64,000 nucleotides of DNA from an uncultured Clostridium sp. (GCA_948465565.1 CAOJXR010000004.1:2557-66556); one strand, 5' to 3'; shown: positions 19,771-28,955, counted from the first letter of the stretch. Notes: generated by a model from the sequence alone, not told the origin. Made by a program: numbers and translations.

Positions 19771-20124
19771 ATGTTGATTTTCGTGGTTCTTTTCCTGATG
19801 GCCTTCCGTCCTATCACGTCGGTCTTTGGAGCCGTGTTTGGTTCCACTGATGCTATCCAGACCATCTGTGCTCTTCTGATTTTCGCCTTCATCGCTTTGG
19901 CGATTGGCGTAAAGTGGCGGCCTGGCTGGGCGTGTATGTTCATCTCCATTGTCGTTATGGTGGCCGTGGAAATGCTTGCACCTTACGAGAGCGCTGTGGA
20001 GATCATCGTCACCGCCGCTCTGGCTCTGATTGTTACCATCCAGGTTAAGTCGGCTATTAATGACTTGGTTCGCAGAGCAAAGGGTTTTCCTTGCTGGGCT
20101 CGGAGGCTGATTGCTATCATCTGA
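19771..20124 (+). CDS. small (117 aa) multi-pass membrane protein encoded in a ~52% GC cassette (hypothetical; foreign-origin)
   Basis: GGAGG lies 8 nt before the ATG at 19771. Three to four hydrophobic helices are predicted. Codon usage (GCC, CTG, GTG, CGG) is unlike the host. The antisense 158-aa ORF is compositionally implausible. Confidence 0.6.
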   Translation: MLIFVVLFLMAFRPITSVFGAVFGSTDAIQTICALLIFAFIALAIGVKWRPGWACMFISIVVMVAVEMLAPYESAVEIIVTAALALIVTIQVKSAINDLVRRAKGFPCWARRLIAII

Positions 20125-20139
20125 TGAAATCAACAAAAC

Positions 20140-20181
20140 GGATGTGGCACCGCACGATATCGGTGCCACATCCTATTTTTT
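20140..20181. terminator. GC-rich rho-independent terminator
   Basis: GGATGTGGCACCG-cacgatat-CGGTGCCACATCC followed by TATTTTTT. It sits in the 2-nt gap between convergent genes. Confidence 0.7.
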
Positions 20182-20184
20182 ATA

Positions 20185-20862
20185 TTATTCTAATCTTGTT
20201 GTTCCTGATGGTCCTCTTCCAACAACTTCTGACATCAAACTGTTCCATGTGATATTTCCTATTTTTCCATCTTGTGATAAGCCATTATTTGCTTGATATG
20301 TTATTACTGATGTTCTTGTTTTTGCTCCAAATACTCCATCTAATCCACCTGTATCAAATCCTAGTGTTTGTAATGCATCTTGCGCTATTAGTACATATAT
20401 TCCCTTACTTCCTTGTTGTGTTAGAGGATATCCACTTGCAATCCATCTGTCATCAAAATGTACCCAGCGTGGTGTCAAATATGCTGGTTCTACATAACGC
20501 CAATTTCCTGATGCTTGTGCTAAATTTCTCATGTAGTTTCTGCCTTGATCATTTAAATTTTGTGCAACATCAAATGCTACTCCAGCATAATGTTGTGAAA
20601 GTGTTCCATGTCCTCCTTCCCAACATCTTTTGAAGGCAAAACCTACATAAATACTCCTACCATATAGTGTTCTAAAATTGTTCCAGCTTTCCATTGTTCT
20701 TCTATCTGTCCATAATATATTACTTGTACTTGATCCTCTGAATTCGCGTATTCGTAACGTGCCATTCCTATTATATGGCATTGCTTCATCTTCTCCTTTG
20801 TAATATGTTTCCATTCGGTTAGCTTGGTTGTTAAATACTAATATTTTAGCCAAAAAAATCAC
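20185..20862 (-). CDS. M15-family zinc peptidase (D-Ala-D-Ala carboxypeptidase / endolysin-like) with a C-terminal peptidoglycan-binding domain
   Basis: SQHYAGVAFD matches the SxHxxGxAxD M15 motif. WVHFD supplies a second metal ligand. The C-terminal LQTLGFDTGGLDGVFGAKTRTSVITYQ is a PG_binding_1 repeat. Confidence 0.8.
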   Translation of the reverse strand: MIFLAKILVFNNQANRMETYYKGEDEAMPYNRNGTLRIREFRGSSTSNILWTDRRTMESWNNFRTLYGRSIYVGFAFKRCWEGGHGTLSQHYAGVAFDVAQNLNDQGRNYMRNLAQASGNWRYVEPAYLTPRWVHFDDRWIASGYPLTQQGSKGIYVLIAQDALQTLGFDTGGLDGVFGAKTRTSVITYQANNGLSQDGKIGNITWNSLMSEVVGRGPSGTTRLE

Positions 20863-20901
20863 CTCTAATATTTATAATATTAGAGGTGTTTGTTTTTGGT
20901 T

Positions 20902-21540
20902 CTAAATATATAATTCACATTTTGTTTCTTTTTCATTTATTAACTCTTTGAACAAAATTCCACATTCAATGTCTCCAACTACTGAACCATAATGTGTTGG
21001 AATTACGTATTTAGGTTTTATTTTTCTTGTAAGGCTTGCTGCCTCTATATAATCCATTGTATATGTCCCACCAACAGGCAGAAATGCAACATCGCATTCT
21101 ACGTGGCTCGTTTCTTTTGTTTTATCAGTATCTCCGGCGATATAATATACTATTCCTTCCATTTTAATTAGATATCCTACCCACTTGTTTGCTTTTGGAT
21201 GATATTCTTTGAATTTATTATAAGCTGGTATGGTTTTAATATTTATATCATCAAAATTGAATTCTTCATAATCTTTGACATAGTATACATTTTCTTCTAA
21301 AAATCCCATTTTTTCTATATCATTTTGGCAGTCGGCAGTTGTGATTATTACTGTTGATTCGTTTGCAACTGCTAATATATCTTTGGGTGAAAAATGGTCA
21401 TAATGAGAATGTGTGCATAATATTAAATCTGCATCATGTAATGGTAGGTCTATTTGGAATGGGTCAATATATATGATTTTTTCTTTTTTTATTTTTATAC
21501 TACTATGTTTTAATACGCTTACTCCATCTAATTCGAACAT
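20902..21540 (-). CDS. MBL-fold metallo-hydrolase
   Basis: 212 aa with a CTHSHYDH (HxHxDH) motif. Confidence 0.8.
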   Translation of the reverse strand: MFELDGVSVLKHSSIKIKKEKIIYIDPFQIDLPLHDADLILCTHSHYDHFSPKDILAVANESTVIITTADCQNDIEKMGFLEENVYYVKDYEEFNFDDINIKTIPAYNKFKEYHPKANKWVGYLIKMEGIVYYIAGDTDKTKETSHVECDVAFLPVGGTYTMDYIEAASLTRKIKPKYVIPTHYGSVVGDIECGILFKELINEKETKCELYI

Positions 21541-21564
21541 AAATTGCCTCGTTTCTTTTTATAT

Positions 21565-21702
21565 TTATTTTTCTTTTTTATAATATTCTGCTATTAAATT
21601 ATCTAATTCTACACTAATATCATATATAATATTATAATCTTCGCCATCTTGTATGCTTTTGTTTAGTTTTTCTCTTAATATACATATTTTTTCATCTATC
21701 AA
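21565..21702 (-). CDS. Spo0E-like sporulation regulatory (aspartyl-phosphate phosphatase family) small protein, 45 aa
   Basis: Absent from the ORF track because it is under 60 aa. AAAGGAG-N8-TTG start. The translation MIDEKICILREKLNKSIQDGEDYNIIYDISVELDNLIAEYYKKEK fits the Spo0E-like helical hairpin family. Confidence 0.55.
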   Translation of the reverse strand: MIDEKICILREKLNKSIQDGEDYNIIYDISVELDNLIAEYYKKEK

Positions 21703-21845
21703 GACAATCACTCCTTTTATTCTACAAAAGTATTGCATCAGCACTTACAGAATACCATATTTTTACATAATAGTCAATCAAATATGCTCTACTTAGCCTT
21801 TTTTCGTATGACATTTTTTTATTTTCTATTACTTATTTCGTCAAA

Positions 21846-23126
21846 TTAGTTGGGAATTATACTTGATTTTACCATTTTCTCCATTGTAAATACTTCTTTT
21901 AATGTGTTTTCTATATATTCTTTTGAAATAGTTTTATAATTTTCGACATATTCAAATGGATTAATTCCTTTGAAATAATTTGTTACAAAAAGCCCTGATG
22001 TTATATCTACTTCATTGAATTGTCTTACATATTCTCCATATATCTTTCTTTTTGCTCTTTCAAATTCTTTTTCGTTTATTCCATTTTGTTTTAATTTTTT
22101 TATTGTATCTAAAATTTCATTTTCAACTTTTTCAATATCGTGGCTTTTCCCTTGTATTAACACATGAGCGTAATTTCTTGCCCATTCAAAGCTTGCTGAT
22201 AATCCTTCATATATAAGTCCTTGATTATATAATTTTTCATATAATTCTGAGCTTTGTCCAAATAGTATTTCTAATAATATTTCAATGCTTAAGTTTCTTT
22301 TTATTTTTTCTTTTTCTATTGGATTAACTTTAAAACCATATATAAATATTGGCATAGATATGTCCATCTTTGCTGTTATTTCTTTTTGGTTTATTTCCAT
22401 TCCTTCATTTTCTTCAATTCTCTTGGCTGTTAACCTGTTTGGTTTAGTTATTCTTTTTTTAATTTCTTCAAATATTTCTTCTGGCTTAAAATCACCACAT
22501 ACAACTATTACCATGTTTGATGTTGTATAAAAATTATTATAGCACTCATATAAAATGTCTTTATTTATTTTTTGTATACTTTCTACACTTCCTGCTACAT
22601 CTATTCTTATTGGATTTTTTGTATACATTGCTTTCATTGCGTTTAGATATACTTTGAAGTCTGCTTCATCATCATACATTTTTATTTCTTGTGCAATTAT
22701 TCCTTTTTCTTTTTCTACATTTTCATCTGTAAAATATGGATTTTGTACATAGTTTAATAATTCGTCTAATGCTTCATAAAAATTTTTAGTGCATTCGAAT
22801 AAATATGCTGTATGGTCATTTGTTGTATATGCGTTTGCGTCTACACCTAATGCTGATAATACATCTAAGCTATTTTGTCCGTCTTCTTTTTCGAACAATT
22901 TGTGTTCTAAGAAATGTGCTACTCCATCTGGAATTGATACTTCTTTATTGTCTTTTTCAATAAAAAATTTATTATCGTTTGATCCAAATCCTATTCCACA
23001 TATTGCGTATTTTTTTATTGCTTTTTCTTTTGGAATGCACATAATTGTAATTCCTGATTCAAGCTTTTCGATGTATACTTTTTCTTTTATCAAATTATTT
23101 TCAATTATCTGCATTTTGTCCTCCAT
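21846..23126 (-). CDS. M16-family zinc peptidase (pitrilysin-like), catalytic subunit
   Basis: 426 aa carrying the inverted zinc motif HFLEH. Confidence 0.85.
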   Translation of the reverse strand: MEDKMQIIENNLIKEKVYIEKLESGITIMCIPKEKAIKKYAICGIGFGSNDNKFFIEKDNKEVSIPDGVAHFLEHKLFEKEDGQNSLDVLSALGVDANAYTTNDHTAYLFECTKNFYEALDELLNYVQNPYFTDENVEKEKGIIAQEIKMYDDEADFKVYLNAMKAMYTKNPIRIDVAGSVESIQKINKDILYECYNNFYTTSNMVIVVCGDFKPEEIFEEIKKRITKPNRLTAKRIEENEGMEINQKEITAKMDISMPIFIYGFKVNPIEKEKIKRNLSIEILLEILFGQSSELYEKLYNQGLIYEGLSASFEWARNYAHVLIQGKSHDIEKVENEILDTIKKLKQNGINEKEFERAKRKIYGEYVRQFNEVDITSGLFVTNYFKGINPFEYVENYKTISKEYIENTLKEVFTMEKMVKSSIIPN

Positions 23127-24402
23127 TTCTTAAGAAGTATATTGTGTTTATTTGGATTAGGTTCGCAAATTTTATTATTTCTTCTTTTGTGACTTTTTGT
23201 ACGTTTTCTTTATATTCTTGTGTTGATAATGGTAATTTTGATAGTTCTTGTCCAAATTTATATATTATTCCAGTGTCTTGTTCTGCTTCTATTGCCTCTA
23301 TACCTGAGTCTATATACTCTTTTGCTTTTAATATATCTTCTTCTGTAAAATTTCCTGCTCTCATATCTTCTAGCAATTGTTTTATAAGATTTGTTGTTTT
23401 TTCAAAATTTTCACATTCGATACCACAGCGAATAAATATATTGTTTTTTTGTGATATATATTCTGATTTTGCTGTATATGCTAAGCTTTCTTTTTCTCTT
23501 ACAATTTGGAATAATTTAGAATTAACTCCTCCTCCAAATATTGCATTATATATTATTGCTATAAATCTAAAGTCATCAAAATCATTTGGCAAGATGTCTA
23601 GTCCAATTACTAATTTTCCTTGGGCTACGTTCATGTCTTCTATTGTTTGTTCTGGGTTTTCTATTTTTTCTTTTATTTCATTTTTATAATGATTTGTGTT
23701 TATTTGTTCTTGTCTTGAAATTAGTGTTTTTATAAACTTATTTTCTTTTACTTCGTTTGATATTTTTTCTTGCTCAAAGTTTCCGCTTATAAATATATCG
23801 ATTTTTGCTTCATTTAATAGCTTTTTATATTGCTCATAAAGATTGTGTTCAGTAATTTGCTCTAAATCTTCTATTTTTCCGTATTTACTTAGTCCATATC
23901 CACTGTTTTTATACATTATGTTGATACATTTTTCAAAGGCATAGATGTTTTTATCGTCTTTTTGTGCGTTTATTAATAATTCTAGATTTTTCTTTTCTAA
24001 ATCAACATATTCTTTTTTAAATCCATTATTTTCGATTAGTGGATTACATATTAAGTCTAATAGGATTTTTATTGATTTGTTTATGTTGTCATTTTCTTTT
24101 GGTAAATAGTTATCGTTTATTGTTTCTATATAAAATTTTAGTATTAAGTTATCTCCGTTTTTGTCTATACCACAGTCAAATGATGCTCCATACATCATTT
24201 CTAATTCTTCTGTTAGTTTCTTATAGTTTGGAAAGCTTGTACTTCCATCTTTTATTACTGCTGGTAATAGTGCGTTTTTTGTTACATATTCTTTTTCTAA
24301 TGGAACGCTTAAGAATACTACTGTAAAATCTGTTTTGAAGTTGTCATTAATAATAAGATGAAGGTTTACTCCATCTTTGATTTTCTCTTTTATATATTTC
24401 AC
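23101..24402 (-). CDS. M16-family peptidase-like protein (non-catalytic partner)
   Basis: 433-aa M16 fold without an HxxEH motif. It overlaps the downstream M16 gene by 26 nt, the typical paired arrangement. Confidence 0.8.
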   Translation of the reverse strand: MKYIKEKIKDGVNLHLIINDNFKTDFTVVFLSVPLEKEYVTKNALLPAVIKDGSTSFPNYKKLTEELEMMYGASFDCGIDKNGDNLILKFYIETINDNYLPKENDNINKSIKILLDLICNPLIENNGFKKEYVDLEKKNLELLINAQKDDKNIYAFEKCINIMYKNSGYGLSKYGKIEDLEQITEHNLYEQYKKLLNEAKIDIFISGNFEQEKISNEVKENKFIKTLISRQEQINTNHYKNEIKEKIENPEQTIEDMNVAQGKLVIGLDILPNDFDDFRFIAIIYNAIFGGGVNSKLFQIVREKESLAYTAKSEYISQKNNIFIRCGIECENFEKTTNLIKQLLEDMRAGNFTEEDILKAKEYIDSGIEAIEAEQDTGIIYKFGQELSKLPLSTQEYKENVQKVTKEEIIKFANLIQINTIYFLRNGGQNADN

Positions 24403-24481
24403 GGCTTTGGCTCCTTGGTTTTTTCTTTTATTATTAGCAGTTATAGCGTTTTTTATTCTTTTAGTTTGGCAATCTCTTGCA

Positions 24482-24919
24482 TTAATTTAATAAGGCTCTT
24501 ACTACTTCATTTATTGTTTTTCCATCAGCTGAGGCTCCAAATTCTTCTTTTGCTGCTTTCATTACCATTCCCATGTCTTTTATTGTTGTTGCTCCTACAT
24601 TTGCTATTATTATTTTTACTTTTTCTTCGATTTCTTCTTTTGTTAGTTGTTTTGGTAAATATACTTCTAAATAGCTTATTTCTTCTTTGATTTGTGCTAC
24701 TAAATCGTCTCTTCCTCCACGTTCGTAGTCTGCAATTGAGTCTTTTCTTTTTTTAACTTCTTTTGCTATTAATTCTATTATTTGTTCGTCTGTTAGTTCT
24801 ATTCCTTTGTCTTTTTCTATTTGTAATATTCCTGCTCTTGCCATTTGTATTGCGTTTTTCTTTATTTCGTTTTTATCTTTCATTGCCTCTTTTAGGTCTT
24901 CTAATAATTTCTTTTTCAT
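24482..24919 (-). CDS. yqeY: GatB/YqeY domain protein
   Basis: 145 aa with typical YqeY sequence. The usual neighbourhood with rpsU is retained apart from the insertion described below. Confidence 0.85.
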   Translation of the reverse strand: MKKKLLEDLKEAMKDKNEIKKNAIQMARAGILQIEKDKGIELTDEQIIELIAKEVKKRKDSIADYERGGRDDLVAQIKEEISYLEVYLPKQLTKEEIEEKVKIIIANVGATTIKDMGMVMKAAKEEFGASADGKTINEVVRALLN

Positions 24920-25055
24920 ATAATTTCCTCCTTCGGATAATTTTTACTTTAGTTTATGTTATCATATTTTTATGTGGTTTTCAATTTATAATGATATTTA
25001 TTTGTAAAGAGTAATACATGTTAATTTTTCGTAAAATTTTCTGTGTATTATAGGC

Positions 25056-25105
25056 ATAAAAAAGCGACGGGCGCAGTTTCTGGTAGCCCAGATTCTGCGC
25101 TCGTC
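25056..25105 (-). terminator. GC-rich rho-independent terminator
   Basis: GACGAGCGCAG-18 nt loop-CTGCGCCCGTCGC followed by TTTTTTATGCC on the minus strand. Confidence 0.65.
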
Positions 25106-25127
25106 ATTTGTGCGTTTGGGGACGCGT

Positions 25128-25577
25128 TTAGAAAATTCTTTCCAGCAGCTCGTTCAGATTGAAATCGCTGATAAAAGAGCTTTCGCATCCAGGATCCGTT
25201 CCAAGCAGCTGTACGATTTTTTGTGCCACTTTTTTGTGTGCGCCTTTGACATTCATAAGCGCATAAAAAAATTCATCGATCCCATCATCATCGAACATGT
25301 CGATATCGTCGATTCCCTCGATGATGAAGATCACTGCAATAGCAACGGCGTTCTCCTTCGTGCAGGTGAACTCGTCCGAAGATACCATGTAATCTACATC
25401 AACGGGCTGGGCTTCAACAACTTCGCCATAGCGATCCATGAACTCTTGGAACTCAGGGGTCTTTTTTGCTTCTTCGCAGATTTTGACTCGTTCATCCGTG
25501 GAATTAGCGGCCATTAATCTTTCGACAAGCCGCGTTTCCTTGACTGTTTGAGTCAACTTTTCCAGTTGCTCTTTCAT
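25128..25577 (-). CDS. 149-aa acidic hypothetical protein encoded in a ~46% GC cassette inserted between rpsU and yqeY
   Basis: AGGAG lies 9 nt before the ATG. GC content is about 46%, against about 33% for the flanking rpsU. The N-terminal 40 aa is helical (MKEQLEKLTQTVKETRLVERL...) and weakly reminiscent of Nif11/NHLP-type leaders. An acidic DDIDMFDDDGIDEF segment is present. The unit has its own terminator. Confidence 0.6.
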   Translation of the reverse strand: MKEQLEKLTQTVKETRLVERLMAANSTDERVKICEEAKKTPEFQEFMDRYGEVVEAQPVDVDYMVSSDEFTCTKENAVAIAVIFIIEGIDDIDMFDDDGIDEFFYALMNVKGAHKKVAQKIVQLLGTDPGCESSFISDFNLNELLERIF

Positions 25578-25707
25578 TCTCTGTTACGCTCCTATCGTTT
25601 TTATTATAAAATGACATTACCCCAAACACTTCAGCCATTTTACAAACTTATTATACAATGTCTTTTGTTATTTGTAAATAAAATTATAGCGTTTTCCTCA
25701 TATACAA

Positions 25708-25740
25708 AAAAGAACACGATGGGTTTTCGTGTTCTTTTAA
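25708..25740 (-). terminator. rpsU terminator hairpin
   Basis: AAAAGAACACGA-tgggtttt-TCGTGTTCTTTT. Confidence 0.6.
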
Positions 25741-25745
25741 ATCAA

Positions 25746-25916
25746 TTAAAACTTTCTTTTTCTTGCAGCCTCTGATTTTTTCTTTCTTCTAACGCTTGGT
25801 TTTTCATAATGCTCTCTTTTACGTACTTCTTGTATTACTCCATTTCTAGCGCATTGTCTTTTAAATCTTTTTAGAGCATCTTCTATATTACCATTATTAA
25901 CTTTAATCTCTGACAT
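25746..25916 (-). CDS. rpsU: 30S ribosomal protein S21
   Basis: Absent from the ORF track (56 aa). GGAGGGAG-N5-ATG start. The translation [56 protein letters not shown] is S21. Confidence 0.9.
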   Translation of the reverse strand: MSEIKVNNGNIEDALKRFKRQCARNGVIQEVRKREHYEKPSVRRKKKSEAARKRKF

Positions 25917-26065
25917 TTAATCTCCCTCCTTCCGAAGCTTAAACCATCTTGTGGGATTTAACTTTTTTCTTCTTTTTACCGGTTATATGTATTCTTCCGA
26001 TGGTTATTATTATACATTAACCTAGCCTTCATTGTCAATATAAAATTATTAAAGTTTGTCAACTT

Positions 26066-26692
26066 TTATCTTCCCTCTGTTCCGTGCATTGTTTTAGATA
26101 TTTCAGCTTTCCATTTTTGTAATTGTATATCTTCTTGATTTTGAGTCATAAGATTTGTTATGTCATTTACTAACTCATTATACGAATATGAAATGGCTAC
26201 TTTATTTCCAGCTTCAGTATCTATAGTGGTACTTATGTGTATGTTAGTATCTATTAATAGTTTTTGTGCAGCTTTCATTATCTTTCTTAGCAAATCTGCC
26301 TTTTCAGGAGTCATATTTGTATTACTTGTTGACGTTAATAAACGTTTTGCTCTATATGCTGATAATAGTAAAAACTTGTCCCAGTCTATGTGCTGTGCTT
26401 CTGCAACTATTTTGTCTCTAAAATATGGAAGGATTGCTTCTCTTGATATTTTTATATTTCCTCCATGTAGCAATTCATCTATTTGTCTTTCGTTTAGTTT
26501 CTTTCCTTGTTTTGCAAATTTCAATATAATATTCTTTCTCATTGTCCTTCCTAGATTAGAATCATTACAATATACATTTTCAATGTCTGTTAGTTCTTGT
26601 ATTCCTAACATATAGTCCATGTTTATTTCATCGTCAATTTGTTTCATCCTTCTCATTGCTTGTTTTTCAGTTTCAAAATCTATATTTGTCAT
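26066..26692 (-). CDS. hypothetical protein (208 aa from an ATG with an AAGGTG RBS; the ORF track starts 18 nt further upstream at a GTG)
   Basis: The ORF has a coding-like composition, but no family was recognised. Confidence 0.55.
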   Translation of the reverse strand: MTNIDFETEKQAMRRMKQIDDEINMDYMLGIQELTDIENVYCNDSNLGRTMRKNIILKFAKQGKKLNERQIDELLHGGNIKISREAILPYFRDKIVAEAQHIDWDKFLLLSAYRAKRLLTSTSNTNMTPEKADLLRKIMKAAQKLLIDTNIHISTTIDTEAGNKVAISYSYNELVNDITNLMTQNQEDIQLQKWKAEISKTMHGTEGR

Positions 26693-26911
26693 AATATACA
26701 CCTTCTTCACTAAAATTATATATTTTTGCGATTATTATTATACTCTCATGTTTTTGTTTTTTCAAGTATGTTATGAATTATTTGTTTACTTTAACTGTGT
26801 TTTATGATATATTTGTATTAGTTATAATAATTGTATCTATAATCATTCCATAAAATGTAGTAAAAGAAATAATAAAATTTATACACAATACTAATATAAA
26901 GGAGAAATATT

Positions 26912-27166
26912 ATGCCAATACTATCTAATTTTTATGGAATTATAATAAAAATGTATTTTCAGCAATCTGAACATAATCCTCCACATATCCATGCATTATA
27001 TGGTGAATATATAGGAGCTGTTAATATTAAAACTGGTGAGCTTATGGAAGGTGATTTACCTCCACGTGCATTAAAATTAGTTCAAGAATGGTTACAATTA
27101 TATCAATCAGAAATTTTGAACATTTGGAATACTCAAAATTTTAAAAAGATACCGCCATTGTCGTAG
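26912..27166 (+). CDS. DUF4160 family protein
   Basis: MPILSNFYGIIIKMYFQQSEHNPPHIHALYGEY is the DUF4160 signature. AAAGGAG RBS. Confidence 0.8.
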   Translation: MPILSNFYGIIIKMYFQQSEHNPPHIHALYGEYIGAVNIKTGELMEGDLPPRALKLVQEWLQLYQSEILNIWNTQNFKKIPPLS

Positions 27167-27177
27167 GAGGTGATTAA

Positions 27178-27426
27178 ATGTTTCATAAGGTTAAATGTGT
27201 AAAAGCTTTGGATAACTATATTCTTGAAATAACATTTGAAAACAATGAAACTAAATATTATGATATAAAACCTTTGTTTGAGAAGTGGAAGATATTTCAA
27301 AACTTAAAAAATATATATGGACTATTTGAAAATGTAAAAGTAGATTCTGGTGGATATGGTATTTCGTGGAATGATGAAATCGATTTATCTTGTGAAGAAT
27401 TATACAATAACGGTCAAAAAAAATAG
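27178..27426 (+). CDS. DUF2442 family protein
   Basis: The 82-aa gene lies 11 nt downstream of DUF4160 and has its own GAGGTG RBS. Confidence 0.8.
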   Translation: MFHKVKCVKALDNYILEITFENNETKYYDIKPLFEKWKIFQNLKNIYGLFENVKVDSGGYGISWNDEIDLSCEELYNNGQKK

Positions 27427-27450
27427 GTTACTTTTGGTAACCTATTTTTA
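27416..27450. terminator. bidirectional hairpin terminator
   Basis: AATAGGTTAC-TTTT-GGTAACCTATT with flanking A-runs and T-runs. Confidence 0.6.
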
Positions 27451-27459
27451 TATTTACAT

Positions 27460-27636
27460 TTATTCCGCATCTGGCTCTGGAGCACCAACTGGACATACAC
27501 CAGCGCATGTTCCACATTCAATACATACATTTTTATCTATTTCAAAATGTTCATTTCCTTGTGATATGCATCCTACTGGACATGCTCCTGCACATGCACC
27601 ACAACTAATACATTTATCTGTAATTTTATATGCCAT
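27460..27636 (-). CDS. 2[4Fe-4S] clostridial-type ferredoxin (58 aa)
   Basis: Absent from the ORF track. AGGAGGTAA-N8-ATG start. The translation MAYKITDKCISCGACAGACPVGCISQ...CIECGTCAGVCPVGAPEPDAE has two CxxCxxCxxxCP motifs. Confidence 0.85.
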   Translation of the reverse strand: MAYKITDKCISCGACAGACPVGCISQGNEHFEIDKNVCIECGTCAGVCPVGAPEPDAE

Positions 27637-27666
27637 AAAAATTACCTCCTTTCAATTACGGTTATA

Positions 27667-28938
27667 TTATAACAACCTTTTTACTACTTTTGCAATATTT
27701 TTTTTCACATGTTTTTCATTTATAGTTAATAATTTTCTATTTTGCATTATTATTTTTCCGTCAATCATTACAGTATCAACGTCCGAACCGTTCGCTGAAT
27801 AAACTAAGTTTGTGCATAAATCATTTTCTGGATATAAATGTGTTTTATTTGTATTAATGAATATTAGGTCAGCTTTTTTCCCTACTTCTACTGTTCCAAT
27901 TTCGTGATCTAAATTTAATACTCTTGCTCCTTCTATTGTTGCCATTTTAAGTATTTCATAGGCATTTATTGAGGTTGGTTCCATTGTATTAATTTTTTGT
28001 AAGTATGCTGCTGTTCTCATTTCTTCGAACATATCTAAAGTTGTTGTACTGCCAATTCCATCTGTTCCAATTCCAACATTTATATTATTTTTTCTAAGTT
28101 TTGTTACATCACATATTCCTGAAGATAATTTACAATTGCTTATTGGATTATGTGAAATTCCGCCTTTTATATTTTTTAATATTTCTAAGTCTGAATCTGA
28201 AATGTATATTCCATGTGCTAATACAACTGGTACATCAAAAACATGTAGGTCGTTTAGATATTCTGTTCCAGTTTTATTATATCTTTCTTTTATTATTTTT
28301 TCTTCTTGAAGTGTTTCTGATAAATGTATGTGCAACCCTGTCTCTAGTTCTTTTGCTAAATCAACACATAGTTCCATTGTGTCAGGGCTACATGAATAAG
28401 GTGCATGCGCTGATACATATATTTTTATCCTACTATCTGGATAATTATATTTTTCATGGTATTCTCTTGTTCTCGTAATTTTATCTTTTATAGAGGTATC
28501 TGTTATACTCCAAGCAATTACTCCTCTAAGCCCTGATTCCTCTACAGCCTGAATTGTTTTGTCCATTCTAAAGTACATGTCATTGAAAGTTGTTGTTCCT
28601 GATTTAATTAATTCAATGCATGACAAAAAAGAGTTCCAGTAAATATCGTCTGGACTTAGCTTGTCTTCAACTGGAAAAATTGCGTTTTCAAGCCAATCCA
28701 TTAATTTTTGATCATCTTTATATCCCCTAAATATACTCATTGCTAAGTGCGTATGAGTATTTACTAATCCTGGCATTACTACCATTTCTTTTGCGTCAAT
28801 AACTTTTGCGTCTTTATCTTCTATTTTATCTTCTATTTTACTTATTTTATTTTCATCTATTAGTATATCTGTTTTTCTTATATTTGGTTTTTCTCCTACC
28901 ATATCAAGTAGTACTGCATTCTTTATTAGTGTTTTCAT
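27667..28938 (-). CDS. amidohydrolase of the MtaD/TRZ-ATZ family (5-methylthioadenosine/S-adenosylhomocysteine deaminase-like)
   Basis: 423 aa with GLVNTHTHLAMS and other amidohydrolase motifs. Confidence 0.85.
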   Translation of the reverse strand: MKTLIKNAVLLDMVGEKPNIRKTDILIDENKISKIEDKIEDKDAKVIDAKEMVVMPGLVNTHTHLAMSIFRGYKDDQKLMDWLENAIFPVEDKLSPDDIYWNSFLSCIELIKSGTTTFNDMYFRMDKTIQAVEESGLRGVIAWSITDTSIKDKITRTREYHEKYNYPDSRIKIYVSAHAPYSCSPDTMELCVDLAKELETGLHIHLSETLQEEKIIKERYNKTGTEYLNDLHVFDVPVVLAHGIYISDSDLEILKNIKGGISHNPISNCKLSSGICDVTKLRKNNINVGIGTDGIGSTTTLDMFEEMRTAAYLQKINTMEPTSINAYEILKMATIEGARVLNLDHEIGTVEVGKKADLIFINTNKTHLYPENDLCTNLVYSANGSDVDTVMIDGKIIMQNRKLLTINEKHVKKNIAKVVKRLL

Positions 28939-28955
28939 TTTTTCTCCCCTAAAAG

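Noticed and set aside
19693-20169. Minus-strand 158-aa ORF covering the GC-rich cassette
   Set aside because: It is a G/D/R/S-rich non-protein-like translation with no RBS. The plus-strand membrane-protein frame has an RBS, promoter and terminator in the correct orientation.
25128-25577. Assignment of the acidic 149-aa protein as a Nif11/NHLP RiPP precursor
   Set aside because: Only a loose N-terminal resemblance was seen. There is no GG cleavage motif or Cys/Ser/Thr-rich core and no adjacent maturation enzymes, so it is kept as hypothetical.
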